Assembly (NCBI GenBank): GCA_951406725.2
Contig: OX597815.1
Span: forward strand, 148,180,001-148,244,000
Reading direction: 5' to 3'
Length of the DNA stretch: 64,000 nt
Source of the DNA: Octopus vulgaris
Lineage: Eukaryota
Shown: one piece after another, positions 42,520 to 55,931 of the stretch
How positions within the stretch are numbered: the first letter of the stretch is position 1
How the letters are laid out: each line of letters starts with the position of its first letter
Notes under the pieces: generated by a model
Databases searched by the model: none
Told to the model about the DNA's origin: nothing
Seen by the model: only the letters and a program-made list of their open reading frames with translations
Made by a program: the position numbers and the translations under genes

Positions 42520-42725
42520 ACCCGCTATACTGGTGCTATGTAAGAAGGACCCAGTACACTCTATAAAGTGGTTGCTGTTAGGAAGAGTATCCAGGAATAG
42601 AACCTATAGCAAAACAGACAATCGGAACCTGATGTAGCTCTCCAGCCTTGCCAGCTCCTGTTAAACAACCCAACTTGTGCCAGCATGGAAAATTGATGAT
42701 AAATGATGATCATAATGATGATGCT
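42520..42725 (+). mobile_element. 3' part of a SINE with an (ATG)n tail
   Basis: cagtacactctataaagtggttg..gttaggaag..atccag...gccagcatggaaaa..taaatgatgat resembles a common cephalopod SINE tail, recognised from memory. Confidence 0.5.
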
Positions 42726-43600
42726 GATTAATAAAAGTGGCGAGATGGTAGAATTGTCAGGATGTTTTACGAAATACTCAGCAATATTTCTTCCAACTCC
42801 TTACATTGTGAGTTCAGACTTCACTAGGGTCGTCTTAGCCTTTTCTTCTTTTGAACATTGTGCCAAATTTGAAACTATTAATATTTACATCATCAAAAGC
42901 AACATTGATTTCATTAATACTTGGGTAGTTTGTGTTAGAAAGAATAAAAATTACAAATATTATTTCAACAATAGTGTTTCGCATCGGTTGCCAAGTATTT
43001 TGCTCAGAAAGTTTTCATTTTTGACCCTAACATTATTATTATTATTTTCTTAAGATCTATCCTGCATATAGGATCTCCTATGTTGAACTTAGCGTAAAAG
43101 AGGAATACTCTATTCCTGTTATTATAAATTTGTGATTTATCCACCAACACTCTAAAGTCACAATTATACAAGCAATATTGGGTGTGTTTGATTACATGGC
43201 TAAATATTTAATTAAAACATTATCAAAAAGCTAGAAAAGTTACCTAGGAATTTACGGAAAGAAAGCGTCTAGCTAACTCCCTTTTATAAATACAATCTGT
43301 AGCATCGTACAAGAACCTTTAAATGTAACACCTTTTCTCCTGGTAACTGAAAGTCTGCAAATAAACTTTGTGTGTGTGTTAATTATAAGAGTCTTTCGTG
43401 GAGAAGAAATTCCAATAATGATAAGAGACGAAATAACCATACATACATGATCACACATGCCTATTTGCCTACATATAAACATTGGATTGCATATATGCAT
43501 GCATGTATACGTATGTATGTTTATAAATGAATGTATTTTATATGATATGCTTATAGGTAGTATATATATATATATATGCACAAACGCACTTACATATACA

Positions 43601-43656
<56 letters not shown>

Positions 43657-43657
43657 C

Positions 43658-43713
<56 letters not shown>

Positions 43714-44639
43714 TATCATAATATATATATATGTGAGTGTGAGTGTGTGTGTGTGTGTGCGTGCGCGCATGTGTGCAAATACAAATGCATACCCGAAGGA
43801 ATACATTTACGGATGGGATATCGTTTTTTCCGAACCAAATATTCTAAATATATTTCTACAGAAAATAAAACACTTCTTTCAGTCGAAGTAATTTCTCAAA
43901 GATATAAAATACATTTATGTTGGCTATGTGTTCTTTTTTCATTATATTTACCTTCCTCGACTGAATGGTAAACTGACATGATTTTAATTAAAAGACTATT
44001 TTGTTTGGGTGTACGTAAGCTCTTAAGAAATGTATATCGTCAACGGATGCTTTTTTTTACTATGTAAGAAGAAATAAACTTCCATAGAGTAAACATGGAC
44101 GAAAACGGATCGGTTTAATCTCCGTTAGCAATGAAGTTTTTGATCATATAGTGAACTTGAGAGAAAATAAAACATGTAAGACCATTCGAAGTGATTTTGA
44201 GAATAAAATCTTGTTACGTGTCAAAGTGATATAGTGTAGAAAAATAAACGCATAGAAAAGTGATTCGGATTATAAAGTTGATGAAAACTTGTCTGACGGC
44301 AAAAGAAACTAAAAGTAGACAACCGAAACAATATCATTTCAGTGGATATTAAAATCACTTTTGAAATATTGTATGAATATATGGCAAAAATATCACTTTC
44401 TTTTAATATAAACAAGAAATAAAATGCTTTGCAATACATAAACATACAGGTGTAAAACGTCTCAAGAAACAGAGTGCAGGAATATTAACTTGCAGGCCAA
44501 TATCCAACTGAAAAATTATAGAAACATACACAGAGATAGAGAAATAGGTAGGGATTAAGTACAGGGCCATGATGCAAGATGGAAGTAATTTTTGGAAGTA
44601 ATTTTAAATACAAATCTGATGCTAAAATTATATTGAACA

Positions 44640-45236
44640 TATTTAACATTTAAAGTCAAAATCCCATTACAGAGAAAAATAAAATACAAAATAAAAGCGC
44701 AAAACTTTAATCTTGCCCTCCTAATAAGTATGTACGCTATTTGGGGGATATGTAAGTAAAATGAATGCATATGATATTTTTAAAAAAATATGTAACACAA
44801 GAGCACTCAGAGAACGGAATCTTCCGTGAAGGAAACACGAACGTCCTGATTTTTTATTATAAAAATACAGAAAATCGAATGAAGTAAAAATATGAAAAAG
44901 AAAATGAAAATATGAAAATGATCAAATAAGGCACAATACTCACTCGATCCCCGAAGTCGAGTGGTTACATTTAGACATTATTTTGTAAAGTTTTTTTCCA
45001 TTTTTAAGTTCATACCGTCGTCTTTTTTTTAATGTTAATATTTTAAAAGCTGCTAAATTTTAAATTTTAAAAGCTTTTTAAATTATATTAAATACATTTA
45101 ACATTTAAAGTCAAAATCCCACCACAGATAAAAAAATAAAATAAAATAAAACCGCAAACCTTTAATCTTGCCCTCTAAATAATGTACCTTATTTTTTTAA
45201 TATGTGCGTAGAATGAATGCATATGTTATTTTAGAA
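44640..45236 (+). repeat. Direct repeat of ~145 bp (44640-44785 and 45096-45236)
   Basis: atttaacatttaaagtcaaaatccca...tttaatcttgccctc...aatgaatgcatatg occurs twice. Confidence 0.85.
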
Positions 45237-45287
45237 ATAAATATTTAAAGTTATGTATTACAAAAGAATTCAATACATGAATTCATG

Positions 45288-45500
45288 CAGGCGGCGAGCT
45301 GGCAAGATCGCTAGAAGTTCGTGCAAAATAATTCGTGGCATTTCGTCACTTTTTTACGTTCTGAGTTCAAACTTCGCCGAGTTCGACTTTGCCCTTCCTA
45401 ATTGGGGAGTTGAGAAAATAAATACCAAATGAGATCTGACTTCGATGTAATCAACTTAACCCTACGCAGAAATTGCTGGCATTGTGCCAAAACTTGAAGC
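45288..45500 (+). mobile_element. SINE family B
   Basis: ggcggcgagctggca head, then ttacgttctgagttcaaa..cgccgag.tcgactttgcc and a tgtgccaaaa tail. Related copies at 42735-42880 and 33180-33372. Confidence 0.65.
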
Positions 45501-46349
45501 CATCAAACGGATTCGTATATATTTCGAACGCATCAATATCTCTCAAACATTTGGTGAATTTCCAATGTGAAAAGCATTAAATAGATGTAGAAATATTTAT
45601 TAAACAAAAAAATTATTAACAATACCATCTATCATTACGTACAAGGAGAAAAAGCAGTAAATTAAAACATGAAATTTTTACCGTTAAATATTACCTCATG
45701 TTAACATCGTAATATATAAACAAACACGAAGCAATTATTTTAAAATATACCCATCATTTTCGTGTTTGATTTCTTTAAATATTCTTACGTACTAATAAAG
45801 CTATTTATCAGATGTCTCTCTTTATAGAAGGTCTGACATTCTACTTTCCAAAAGTAATATCAAATGATCTTTGAAAATACTCCAAATATAACAAATTAAG
45901 TATTATCAATTCTTAATTTTCATGCTATGTGACTAATTTACTATATCAATTGTTCCAAATTTGCTTAGCATTTGAGAAAGGAAGCAGTAAATTATCCTTC
46001 AGATATGCATTTGATTTATATGTTCATGGTTAAAGATGACCGAAACACGTCTCAATATCTTGTATTAATTTTTATCTTTAAGTACAGACAAACGTTATAC
46101 ACAGTAATGCCGTATAGGATTAAAATGTGTCATATCAGGGGAACTTTTCTTTGGTACTCCGTCAGTTACGACGACGAGGGTTCCAGTTGATCCGATAAAC
46201 GGAACAGCCTGCTCGAGAAATTAGCGTGTATGTGGCTGAGCACTCCACAAACACGCGTACACTTAACGTAGTCCTCAAGGAGATTCAGCGTGACAAAGAG
46301 TGTGACAAGGCAGGCCCTTTGAAGTACAGAGGAAAAACATTGCCACCAA

Positions 46350-46540
46350 ATTAAGAATTGCCTATAAGACCAAGACAAGAGGTGGGTTCCTCATATGTGC
46401 TGCACCGTGTGTTACTCAGAGTTTACACAGTGGCTGAATGGAAAACGGAAGGGAATGCATTTGCTGTACCAATGGTATGGCGTGAGTCAACGAATGACTC
46501 TAATTGATACTTTGATTGTATAATATCAGTGGTTTCATGT
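46350..46540 (+). mobile_element. DNA transposase N-terminal Cys/His relic, Chapaev3-like (CMC)
   Basis: DQDKRWVPHMCCTVC...QWLNGKRKGM / FAVPMVWRES matches the DQDKxWAPHxxCxxC...PMVWREP motif I associate with Chapaev3 transposases. The family assignment is from memory. Confidence 0.6.
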
Positions 46541-47444
46541 TCTCCGACCATTTTCTAAGTTACATAATTTCACTTGTCACGCTCACCTACCTCTCAACTA
46601 AACATATCCTGCTTGTATTAGCAAACAACTTCTTCATTATCATGCTCGCTGTTTGATCTTCGCAGATGATATACTTCTGATCGAGCATCTTTCTTGTGTA
46701 GCCTTTTTCTACTAACAATCTCACGAAAGTTTCAATAGCTGATGAAAGGCTACTGACCAAAACGTCGTCTTTATTTCTCAGTCAACAGTATTTTGTGCGT
46801 TATTTTTTACAATTTCTCAACTTAAAATTCTTTTTTCCCTGTTAATTATTGCTACCATAATTCATCATCTAATTTGATTATAATTGGAACACTATCGAGT
46901 TATCACTGTCAGTTTTTTAAAACTTTCATCCGCAAAGATTGATATGCTTAAAATAGAATTTATACTGTGTAGCGAATTTAACTTTACCCTATTAATGTAA
47001 GCATGTTAAAGGAATATTTCATGAAGCAGACAGAGAAATATATCAAAAACTTTTGTTTTACGGAGCTGTATTATGTAATCGTATTATTTCAGTGTGTACA
47101 ATTGAGATTTCATCAAATCGATTTTTAAAGTTACACTATTTTCTTTTATTCTTTCTTATTAATGATTACTTTTCATATGTTTGTTTGCAATTTCAATTCC
47201 ATTGCAAAAAAGTATGAACTTTCCAGTTAAATTTCCAAGAACAATACTTTAAAAAATACAAAGAAAGAGATTTTTTTTTTAAATCACAAATTTAATGATC
47301 GTATGAGCAAATTTTAGAACGTCCTGAAATGAAATTAAGAAAAGAGAAAAATTGTTAAAACAAAACATCAATAATGATAATATAAAAGAAGAGTAACAGC
47401 AAGAAGGAGAGCATCAACAACACTCAGAACGCCAACAAAATTCC

Positions 47445-47490
<46 letters not shown>

Positions 47491-48114
47491 GTAATAATAA
47501 TAATAATAATAATAATTACAGTACAAGCAATAAATTACTCTAATTCTGGTAGTATTTTATTTTATAATAACAGAAATAAATAAAACTTATATCGATCTCT
47601 GAATGCAGAAATTTAATGCGGCTTTTCTATGGCAACAATAATATTTGGCATATCAAAGAGTGATATATGTTTGGAGGAGGGCAGGTAACCAAAGATAATG
47701 GCTGAGACGATGAAGGTGCAAAATAGGAGACGAGAATTGGAATCACAACTATAATTTATTTGCCGCAGTCGATTTGATTTCTAAAAATGTGTTCTTCATC
47801 TCTAAGTTGTTCATATAAAATGCAATTGTCTGGCATAGCAATGAGAATTTATAACAGAAGTCATTTGAAAATTTATATCCAGTTACGCATGTGTCTATGA
47901 TTATCGATATGTAAGCCTTTTGTATATCTTGATGTATCAGGAATGAAGTTTAGCATCTGATATTATTTCATTTTCTCGTAGATTCAGTGAGAAGCAAACA
48001 ACAAATATATGTAGGAGAAATACGAATGGTGTACGTAAATATAACTCTGGTATTTAGCCAAAACAATAAGTATATAATTTCAAGTTATTTTTTGCATGAT
48101 TATATACGTCTGTG

Positions 48115-48580
48115 TGTATCAATACCGTGCTGTGTTCTACAAGCGCTGCACCCTTATTGCAGCCCCTATTGGTTCAATGTACTTCTGAAGATTTTTACTC
48201 ACTGTTCCCAGGGTTTCGACAATTATTGGTACCACTACCATCGTTTTGATTGACCACAACTGCTTAGCCTCCCAAGCTAACGTCTCATATCTCTCGACTT
48301 TTCTTGCTTCCTTATCGCATACCATGTGTTCAGCTGGGTATGATATATCTATGATCCAACATAGTTTGCATTCTTTCCCAATTAACACTATGTACGGCTT
48401 CCTATTCCTTATCTCATGGTTGCACTGAATCATAAAATCCCAGAGGATCTTTGCATTATCATTTGCGATGATTCCTTCGGGTTTATGTTCTTACCACATA
48501 TTTGCTCTGTGAAGTCCACACTTGTGTCAAAATGTTTAATGGACAATCCTTGCTATATTGTCATGACGTCTCTTATATTC
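48115..48580 (-). mobile_element. Older R4/Dong-like RLE 3' fragment
   Basis: YKRRHDNIARIVH, IRNRKPYIVLI...CWIIDISYP...EARKVERYETL...VVPIIVETLG. Confidence 0.8.
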
Positions 48581-49935
48581 TTTATTATTAATATTATTAG
48601 TATCGTTGTTGTTGTTTCTGTTGTTGTTGTTATCATCATTATTGTTGTTGTTATTATTGTTTTTGTTGTTGTTGTTAACATCTTTATTTTTGTTGTTGCT
48701 ATTATCTTTATCATTATAAAGCATTACATCAGTAGAGATCAGTGCAATGTCAATTGATATCATAAAACGGTAGCCGACATAATACAATTGAAGCTTCTAT
48801 ATGCCTATTCAAAATGTTTCCAGTCATGGTAATTAAAAGATACATACACACACACATACACATATATATATATATGAGTGTCAGTATTTATGTAGGTGTA
48901 TGTTTACTTATAAATACAAGAGTGTATATGTGAGTGTGCATGTGTATTAGTGTATATATTCTTATTGGTGAATTCGTACATTCTATATAATTTATTTTAA
49001 TTAATATATTTCATTACATTTTTCTTCAATTAAACTCTAACAAATTTTTTCCCCTCCCAATATCATTTATCAAGCCCAAGCAAGTACCATTTTCGTAATT
49101 AAATACCCATAGACAATACTGTGTTTCTTAATGGATTTTATGATGTACCAAATGGCACTACAAATTATGCACAAAATATTAATTACCCAACTTCAATAAT
49201 ACTATTCAATTCTCATAAAATTTATGGTGTAAAATCAACATATGCATAAACTACAGTTCAAGTTATGTTTTCTAACAAGCAATTACCAACCCTTAAAATA
49301 ATCGTCGACCAACGTATTTAATATTTTCGAAAAAGTTATGTAAAAACCCGTAGAAATCGTGTACCATACGCGACGAGCATGGTCGATTTTCAGATATATA
49401 TCAATATCTTCTACTGATAAATTTGTCCCCACAGAAAGTTTACAGCCTTCTGTCTATTATATCATGTAGGCTAGATATAATTTAATAATGTTAATATATA
49501 TGCACAGAAGCTTGCATATATGAATTTTAAACCAAATGCTTCTTCGTGAGATGTGTCTGTGGAATAAGAAGTTTGCTTCCCAATAACATTATCCTGGATT
49601 GAGTCCCCCTCTATAGCACCTTCGATAAGTGTCGTCAACTATAGCTTCGGACAGATAAATACCTTATGAAAGGATTTGGTAAACGGAGACTGAAACAAGC
49701 CAATTGTGTGTGCGGGTGAGGGTGCGTATCTTTCTGTCTTTGCGTCTGTCTTTGTTGACGCCAAGTGTTGGTATGTCTACGCCTCTGTATCTCAATTGTT
49801 AGCCTAACACGCCGATAGAATAAGAAACAATATATATCAGGGTCGGTTGGTTCGACTAAAATTCTTCAAGACGGCGCACCAGCATAGCCAAAATCAAATG
49901 ACTGAAATAAGTGAAATATAAAATATATAGAATTA

Positions 49936-50103
49936 GGCGCAGGAGTGGCTGTGTGGTAAGTAGCTTGCTTATCAACCACATGGTTCCGGGTTCAGTCCCA
50001 CTGCATGGCATCTTGGGCAAGTGTCTTCAAATATAGCCTCGGGCCAACCAAAGCCTTGTGAGTCTTGGTAGACGGAAACTGAAAGAAGGCCGTCGTATAT
50101 ATG

Positions 50104-50145
<42 letters not shown>

Positions 50146-50164
50146 GTGTGTGTGTGTATGTATG

Positions 50165-50205
<41 letters not shown>

Positions 50206-50408
50206 CTGTGTTTGTCCCCCTAGTATTGCTTGACAACCGATACTGGCGTGTTTACGTCCCTGTCACTTAGAGGTTCGGCAAAAGAGACCGATAGAATAAG
50301 TACTAGGCTTACAAAGAATAAGTCCTGGGGTGGATTTGCTCGACTAAAGGCGGTGCTCCAGCATGCCCGCAGTCAAATGACTGAAACAAGTAGAAGAGTA
50401 AAAGAGTA
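49936..50408 (+). mobile_element. SINE family A, best-preserved copy (a decayed copy precedes it at ~49555-49915)
   Basis: ggcgcaggagtggctgtgtggtaagtagcttgct...gggttcagtccc head, internal (TA)n(TG)n, and (aagagta)n tail. Confidence 0.9.
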
Positions 50409-50515
50409 ATTACTAGATAATAGTTCTGTTAAGTCAAGCCTGATTCAAGTGATTTTCAGTATGCCAAATATTACGTTGTGATAAGAAATACGATTAGCAA
50501 TACGATAAGCAATAT

Positions 50516-52742
50516 GAACGCCTACAACACCTCGTTTCATTTCTTTTGTATGATCGCTAAGCTAGATCTTCCTCATTATCAGATATTAGTTTTCCCTCTA
50601 CTGATAGCGATGTCAATGTGAAAATACCAATGAAAATATAACAGGCATAGTAAGACGAATAATTTTTAAAGAGCCAGCTTTGCATTGTCAGTTATATGTT
50701 GCTGGCACTAAATGCGTGACTCCAAGACAACGAGTGCTTGTAATACCCTTTGAAATAGCAGATGTATTTCTGTACCAAGATTTCCTTCCTTTTGTATAGA
50801 GCATTCAACGTAGATGAGCAATCGACAACCTCAAGTAACATACTCTTAATAAAATTTTAAAGTTGATGTACAAGACAATCAAAAGTGTGGAGTGAAGTGA
50901 AAACGTTGGAAAATGTCAGACTAGCGCGTGCATGAATCAAGAGAGATTAAAGGAAGAATGTTACGATCGATAAGATGAATCACAATGATCTTTTTGCGTG
51001 CACTGTTCCTGACAGACCATACCTTTCTTTTGATGGGCTAAAATCTTATTTGCCAACCCATGGACAACAAACATTCACCAACTATCCTGCCTATATGTCT
51101 TTGCACACCTTTGAATGCAGTGTATGCCAGAATGTATGCAAATCTAACGCGGCCTCAAAAGACATGTTAAGATCCATAAAGATCAGAACTTACCTGCAGC
51201 ACTTGGTGGTCCAAATCGGATGTGCACCAACAGGTGGTATTACGTCGTATGAACAGACACACTGTAAATACCTTAAAAGCCAGTCCTCAAGTATCCATTT
51301 CTATTTTTAAGCATTCTTATCACAACGTTACAACACATCTACGACGCAATAAGTGTGACATAGCTACAGACTGAGTACTAAGCAAATAACTCTCTCCAAC
51401 ATCTAACGTCACCAGAGAATATCTTTTGACTATCTTCGGACTTATATGAGAAAACTACTGAAAAGGAATGCACGTGAGAGAGAAAGAGAGATTGGAAGAG
51501 AGGTAGAGAGAGAGAATGTTGATAGTCAATTACATATAAAGAAATATTAGGTTCTACAAGTAAACGCTCATTGTGGTGTTTAAAAGAACAGCAATTTCGG
51601 CATTTCATGTGAATCATTTCCTAACAAGCTGCACATAAACGTTTATAAAAAAACTATTGGCAAATTGTGATTTTTGCTACAAATGTACGTAATTTTTGTC
51701 TCAACAACGAGTATATCGTTGACTTTTGCTATTCCAGCATTTTCATACCAACGATTATAATATTCTTAATTTTACTTGTTTGGTCCTGAAGGGAAACAAT
51801 GCTTATTTTCTTTACAGGCGCAGCGAAACTTGTGAGATTGCTGCCTTTAATGTGCCTTTAACAATATAAATCAATATATGCAGGAAATATATGAAAGGGG
51901 ACAATATTCCGCAGTACTGGTGGTCTTAGAGATAGGGATTGCGATTTAACGGCAAAGAGGAAACTGTTAGTCTCCCTCATATGTGAAACGTTTTGTTAAT
52001 ATATTCAGATAAAAGACAAGTATGAAATGCCATGTTCGTGTAGAGATTTAACAACATTTCTTACACTGTCTTTCCCAAAAGCAAGATCCCAATTTTGATG
52101 AACATGAAGTCAGTCTTGAGTGGTTTTCAACTCTACAAAAATATCATAATTATTTTCATGAAGAGGTAAAAGTGTGTGAGATATTTCATGAGATGTAGGA
52201 ATAATATTATTTGTGATTCTGTTCCTTTGTTTAGAGAAAAGTTCAATTAGGTGATATTTGATAGTTAGCTTTATCGACCTACATAGGAATGGGGTGTAGT
52301 ATCTCCCATTAGAGCAGAGACTACCGACCTATTTAATATCTATACGTGAATGTTCTGGAACACACTGCTTGAACATAACGCAAGATACATGCGGTGATCT
52401 TAGGTATGTTCATGTAAGAAAAATCTAGGACCTGATGGTGTGGGTCTGGAAAATAACTTGTCAAGAATAAGGGACGTGGCGATCGGTATGGACCAAAGAG
52501 AGAATCAGTATGCTTCCAGCACGTAGTTTTTGTTCCCTTCACAAAGAATATTTAAAATGCTACAAATTCGTTTCAGACTTTTTAAAACGTGTATGATAAG
52601 GTATGTTATTCTCATTGGTATTTTACATTGACATCACTGACGCTCGCACTGTATCAGTAGAAGGAAAACTAATCCCTGAAAATGTGGAAGATCTAGCTTA
52701 GCGATCATACAAAAGAAAAGAAACTAGTTGTTGTAGACGTTC
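50516..52742. mobile_element. ~2.2 kb segment bounded by ~130-140 bp inverted repeats (50516-50642 / 52606-52742); candidate non-autonomous TIR element
   Basis: tttcttttgtatgatcgctaagctagatcttcc is the exact reverse complement of ggaagatctagcttagcgatcatacaaaagaaa, and similarity extends on both sides with one indel. Confidence 0.65.
50880..51185 (+). mobile_element. Decayed C2H2 zinc-finger tail, RTE-LINE-like
   Basis: FACTVPDRPYLSFDGLKSYLPTH and FECSVCQNVCKSNAA resemble the CxxCxRxxxSxxGLxSHxRxH fingers at the 3' end of RTE ORFs. Confidence 0.45.
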
Positions 52743-52904
52743 TTGTTGCTACATTATTTATATTATTTACGTTCGACGGATATTTGATCTCATCTTGTTC
52801 CTTATTGATACAACGTTTCGGCTGACATACCCTCCAAGCCTTCTCCGGGTGTCTTGGAGAAATTTCGAATCTGGGTTCTAAATACTAAGGTAGTTTTCGA
52901 TGTT

Positions 52905-53240
52905 AGATTGGCTGGGTGATAAGTAGCTTATCAGTCCCCCTGTGAAGTACCTTGAGCGAGTGTCTTGTACTATGATCTCAGGCCAACGGAAACATTTTGA
53001 GTGAATTTGGTAGACGGAAACTGAAAGAAGCCTTTCGTACATATGTATATATATGTACGTGTGTGCATATGTTTGTGTGTCTGTCCCCCAACATCGCCTG
53101 ACAACCGATGGTGGTGTGTTTACCTGCACCTATCTTAGCGGTTCGGCAAAATGGACCGCTAGAATAAGTATAGGTTTACAAAGCATAAGTATCGGGGTCG
53201 ATTTGCTCGACTAAAGGCGGTGTTCCAACAAGACTGAAAC
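52905..53240 (+). mobile_element. SINE family A (internal deletions)
   Basis: Same head and body motifs as the other family A copies. Confidence 0.8.
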
Positions 53241-53265
53241 GTGTATTACTATTATTATTGTTGTT

Positions 53266-53338
53266 CAGGTCACTGCTTGGAATCGAACACGGAATCTTGA
53301 GGTTACTAGCCCGCAATATTGACCACTACGCCATATGG
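53266..53338 (-). mobile_element. tRNA-like SINE head
   Basis: The reverse complement has an A box TGGCGTAGTGG and a B box GTTCGATTC, but no complete cloverleaf acceptor stem. Confidence 0.6.
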
Positions 53339-53511
53339 ATTGAATTTTATGGCTTATAAATCTAATATTTTTCTATCCTTCCAAAATACCGGTTCCCACA
53401 TGCTGCTAATATCTGCATTCGATCTGCTTAGGAGATAGTTGTGTCGTAGCCTATGTGTTGCTTCTTTTAGTTTTCGTATCGTCCACTGGCGTTCACTGTT
53501 TATTATATATA

Positions 53512-53656
53512 TGGCTTAGTGGTTAGGGTGTCAGCATCATGATAGTAAGGTTGTGGTTTCGATTCTTGGACCCTGCAACGCGTTGTGTTCTTGAGCAAAA
53601 CACTTCAATTCACGTTGCCCCAGTCCATTCATCTGGCAAAAATGTGTAACGCTGCG

Positions 53657-53730
<74 letters not shown>

Positions 53731-53900
53731 AATAAATAAATACGCCCATTTTAAAGCCTAGCCAGGCTCATGGGCCCAGTTTTCTGGTTTATATGGCGTA
53801 TATGTTCCCCAGCTGAACAGGACGCCAGTCCATCGCAGCGTTACACATTTTTGCCAGATGAGTGGACTGGGGCAACGTGAATTGAAGTGTTTTGCTCAAG

Positions 53901-53903
<3 letters not shown>
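53512..53903. mobile_element. tRNA-derived SINE family C (+, 53512-53658) with an inverted partial copy (-, ~53745-53903)
   Basis: A box tggcttagtgg and B box gtttcgattc. 53585-53658 and 53832-53903 are near-perfect reverse complements. A decayed relative lies at ~57185-57320. Confidence 0.75.
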
Positions 53904-53966
<63 letters not shown>

Positions 53967-54379
53967 TTTATGTATATATATATACACATATATATATACA
54001 CACACACGCACACACATATATACATGCACACACACACAGACATATATATGTAATGGTCACCATCCCTTGACTGATATAAGTAATAGATAGAATATAATCA
54101 TTATCTATATAATTATTTAGATGACCAACGAAACCTTAATCAGAAAAAGGAAGTGTGTTATTGTTATTTTTTATAATTTTGTCCTCGTCTAAATCATTCA
54201 ACTATGACTTTGATGGAAACAACGCCTTCAAATGTTAAGTGGAACACATTGAACCTAGCATATGCATGGATGCAAACAGAGTTTTTTAATCCCTCGGACA
54301 TGACTGCGGTTATGTTAGTAAAAATGTGGAATAAAGTTACACAATATGTGAATAATAAAACCGAAATATAATGCGAGTT

Positions 54380-54780
54380 ACAAACGTAGCACGTTACCCT
54401 TACTGGAGTAATAGTCTGTGTTGTTCAGCCTCAGGCCTCATGGTCTCGTTGACTGAGGAAATATTTCGCGAGATGGGTAACGCCTCGGAAACCACTCGGA
54501 GTGTTGCTGTGGACGACCCGAGCAAGTGCCAACTCATGGTGGATGCAGCAATATCCTGCAAATATGTATGCGCCCATATCTGACCTCACCTGACCTGTCA
54601 ATAATTGAGGTGTATTGATGAACAACTCACTGTATATCATCATTAGAATATTTCGATAGGCTTGTTCGCAATCTGGAGAAGATGAAACATTTGAGTGAGA
54701 AATTGCTGCGATTATAACTTAATTTGAGAGCAACTGTGCGTAGTATGACTATAAACTGTGGTAGCATCTCATCATTCAAA
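54380..54780 (-). mobile_element. Possible decayed Gypsy gag relic
   Basis: GC-richer island. Minus-strand PDCEQAYRNIL...PQLLTGQVRSD loosely resembles the P..Y..LK...QLL..E.LGD gag pattern. Weak. Confidence 0.25.
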
Positions 54781-55524
54781 ACTCAAACTTCTGCTCTATG
54801 AAATGTTTTATCAAGAGCCTTCTTTTATTCCAGCACATTCTCAAGAAGCAACAATAATACTTAAATTTTTACAACAATACATATATACTTAAAATATTTT
54901 TTTATGGCGTTACAGAAAGTTTTAGTATTATTCAAGCTTATATCGTAAAAAAAAAAATAACAAAACGATAAAACTCTATTGTGTAGAATTGCGATCGGAA
55001 ATAAACAATACGCATTATGAAAACTGAAATATATTGCTTTCACGATAATGGGGAGAAGACAACAGCGATGTCACCAGCAAATACGCAATCGCTCTAGAAA
55101 GAGGGGAAAATAATATATATTTTGAAAGGACATCTGATATTATTTAGAAATATGTAATTTATTTAAAGAAATATTGAAAGATTTCTTCCTGGTGAAATTT
55201 CAGAATTATGATAAGAAGAATATAATATTCAAGCAGGAAAAAAAATCAACGAACGCAATGAAATTTTTATGAATCCATTTTAGCAAAAGGTATTACTAAA
55301 TGGTGCAGGTTATCTGATCTCAATGTTATCTCAAATAGATACACATACGCATAAAATCACTCTCAAATATACATGCATAATTTAGGGCTTCGATTTATCT
55401 ATCTATCTATCTATCCATCTATCTACCTATATATCTTGATAGATAGATACATACATATACATATATAGATCTGTTTCTATATATAAATACATACACAGGC
55501 ATATAATAAAACATATATATTAGG

Positions 55525-55884
55525 AGGTGTAGGAGTGAGTGTGTGACTTGTTTGCCAGCTACACTGTTCCGGGTTGAGTCCTACTGTGTGGCAACTTCGG
55601 GAAAGTGTCTTCTACAATAACCACGCGCCGACCAAAGACATTTGAATGGATTTGGTTGACGGAAACTAAAAGAAGCCCATAGTATATGTGTATATATAAA
55701 TACACACACACACATACGCACACACACACACATATATATATATTTGATTGTGTGTATTTGTGTGACAGTCCCCCCCACCACCGCTTGACAACTGACAACT
55801 GCGTGCTTACGTCACCGTAACTTAGCGGTTCGGCAAAAGAAAAACGGCTAATGGAATAAGTGCTATTCTTACAAATAATAAGTC

Positions 55885-55885
<1 letters not shown>
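55525..55885 (+). mobile_element. SINE family A, diverged and 3' truncated
   Basis: gacggaaactaaaagaagccc and gtaacttagcggttcggcaaaaga motifs. Confidence 0.8.

Positions 55886-55931
<46 letters not shown>

Noticed and set aside
51803-51870. Strong-looking splice acceptor ttttctttacag
   Set aside because: No supported open exon with a matching donor, and it lies inside a putative transposon.
53266-53338. Possible tRNA gene
   Set aside because: A and B boxes are present, but the acceptor stem does not pair; treated as a SINE head.
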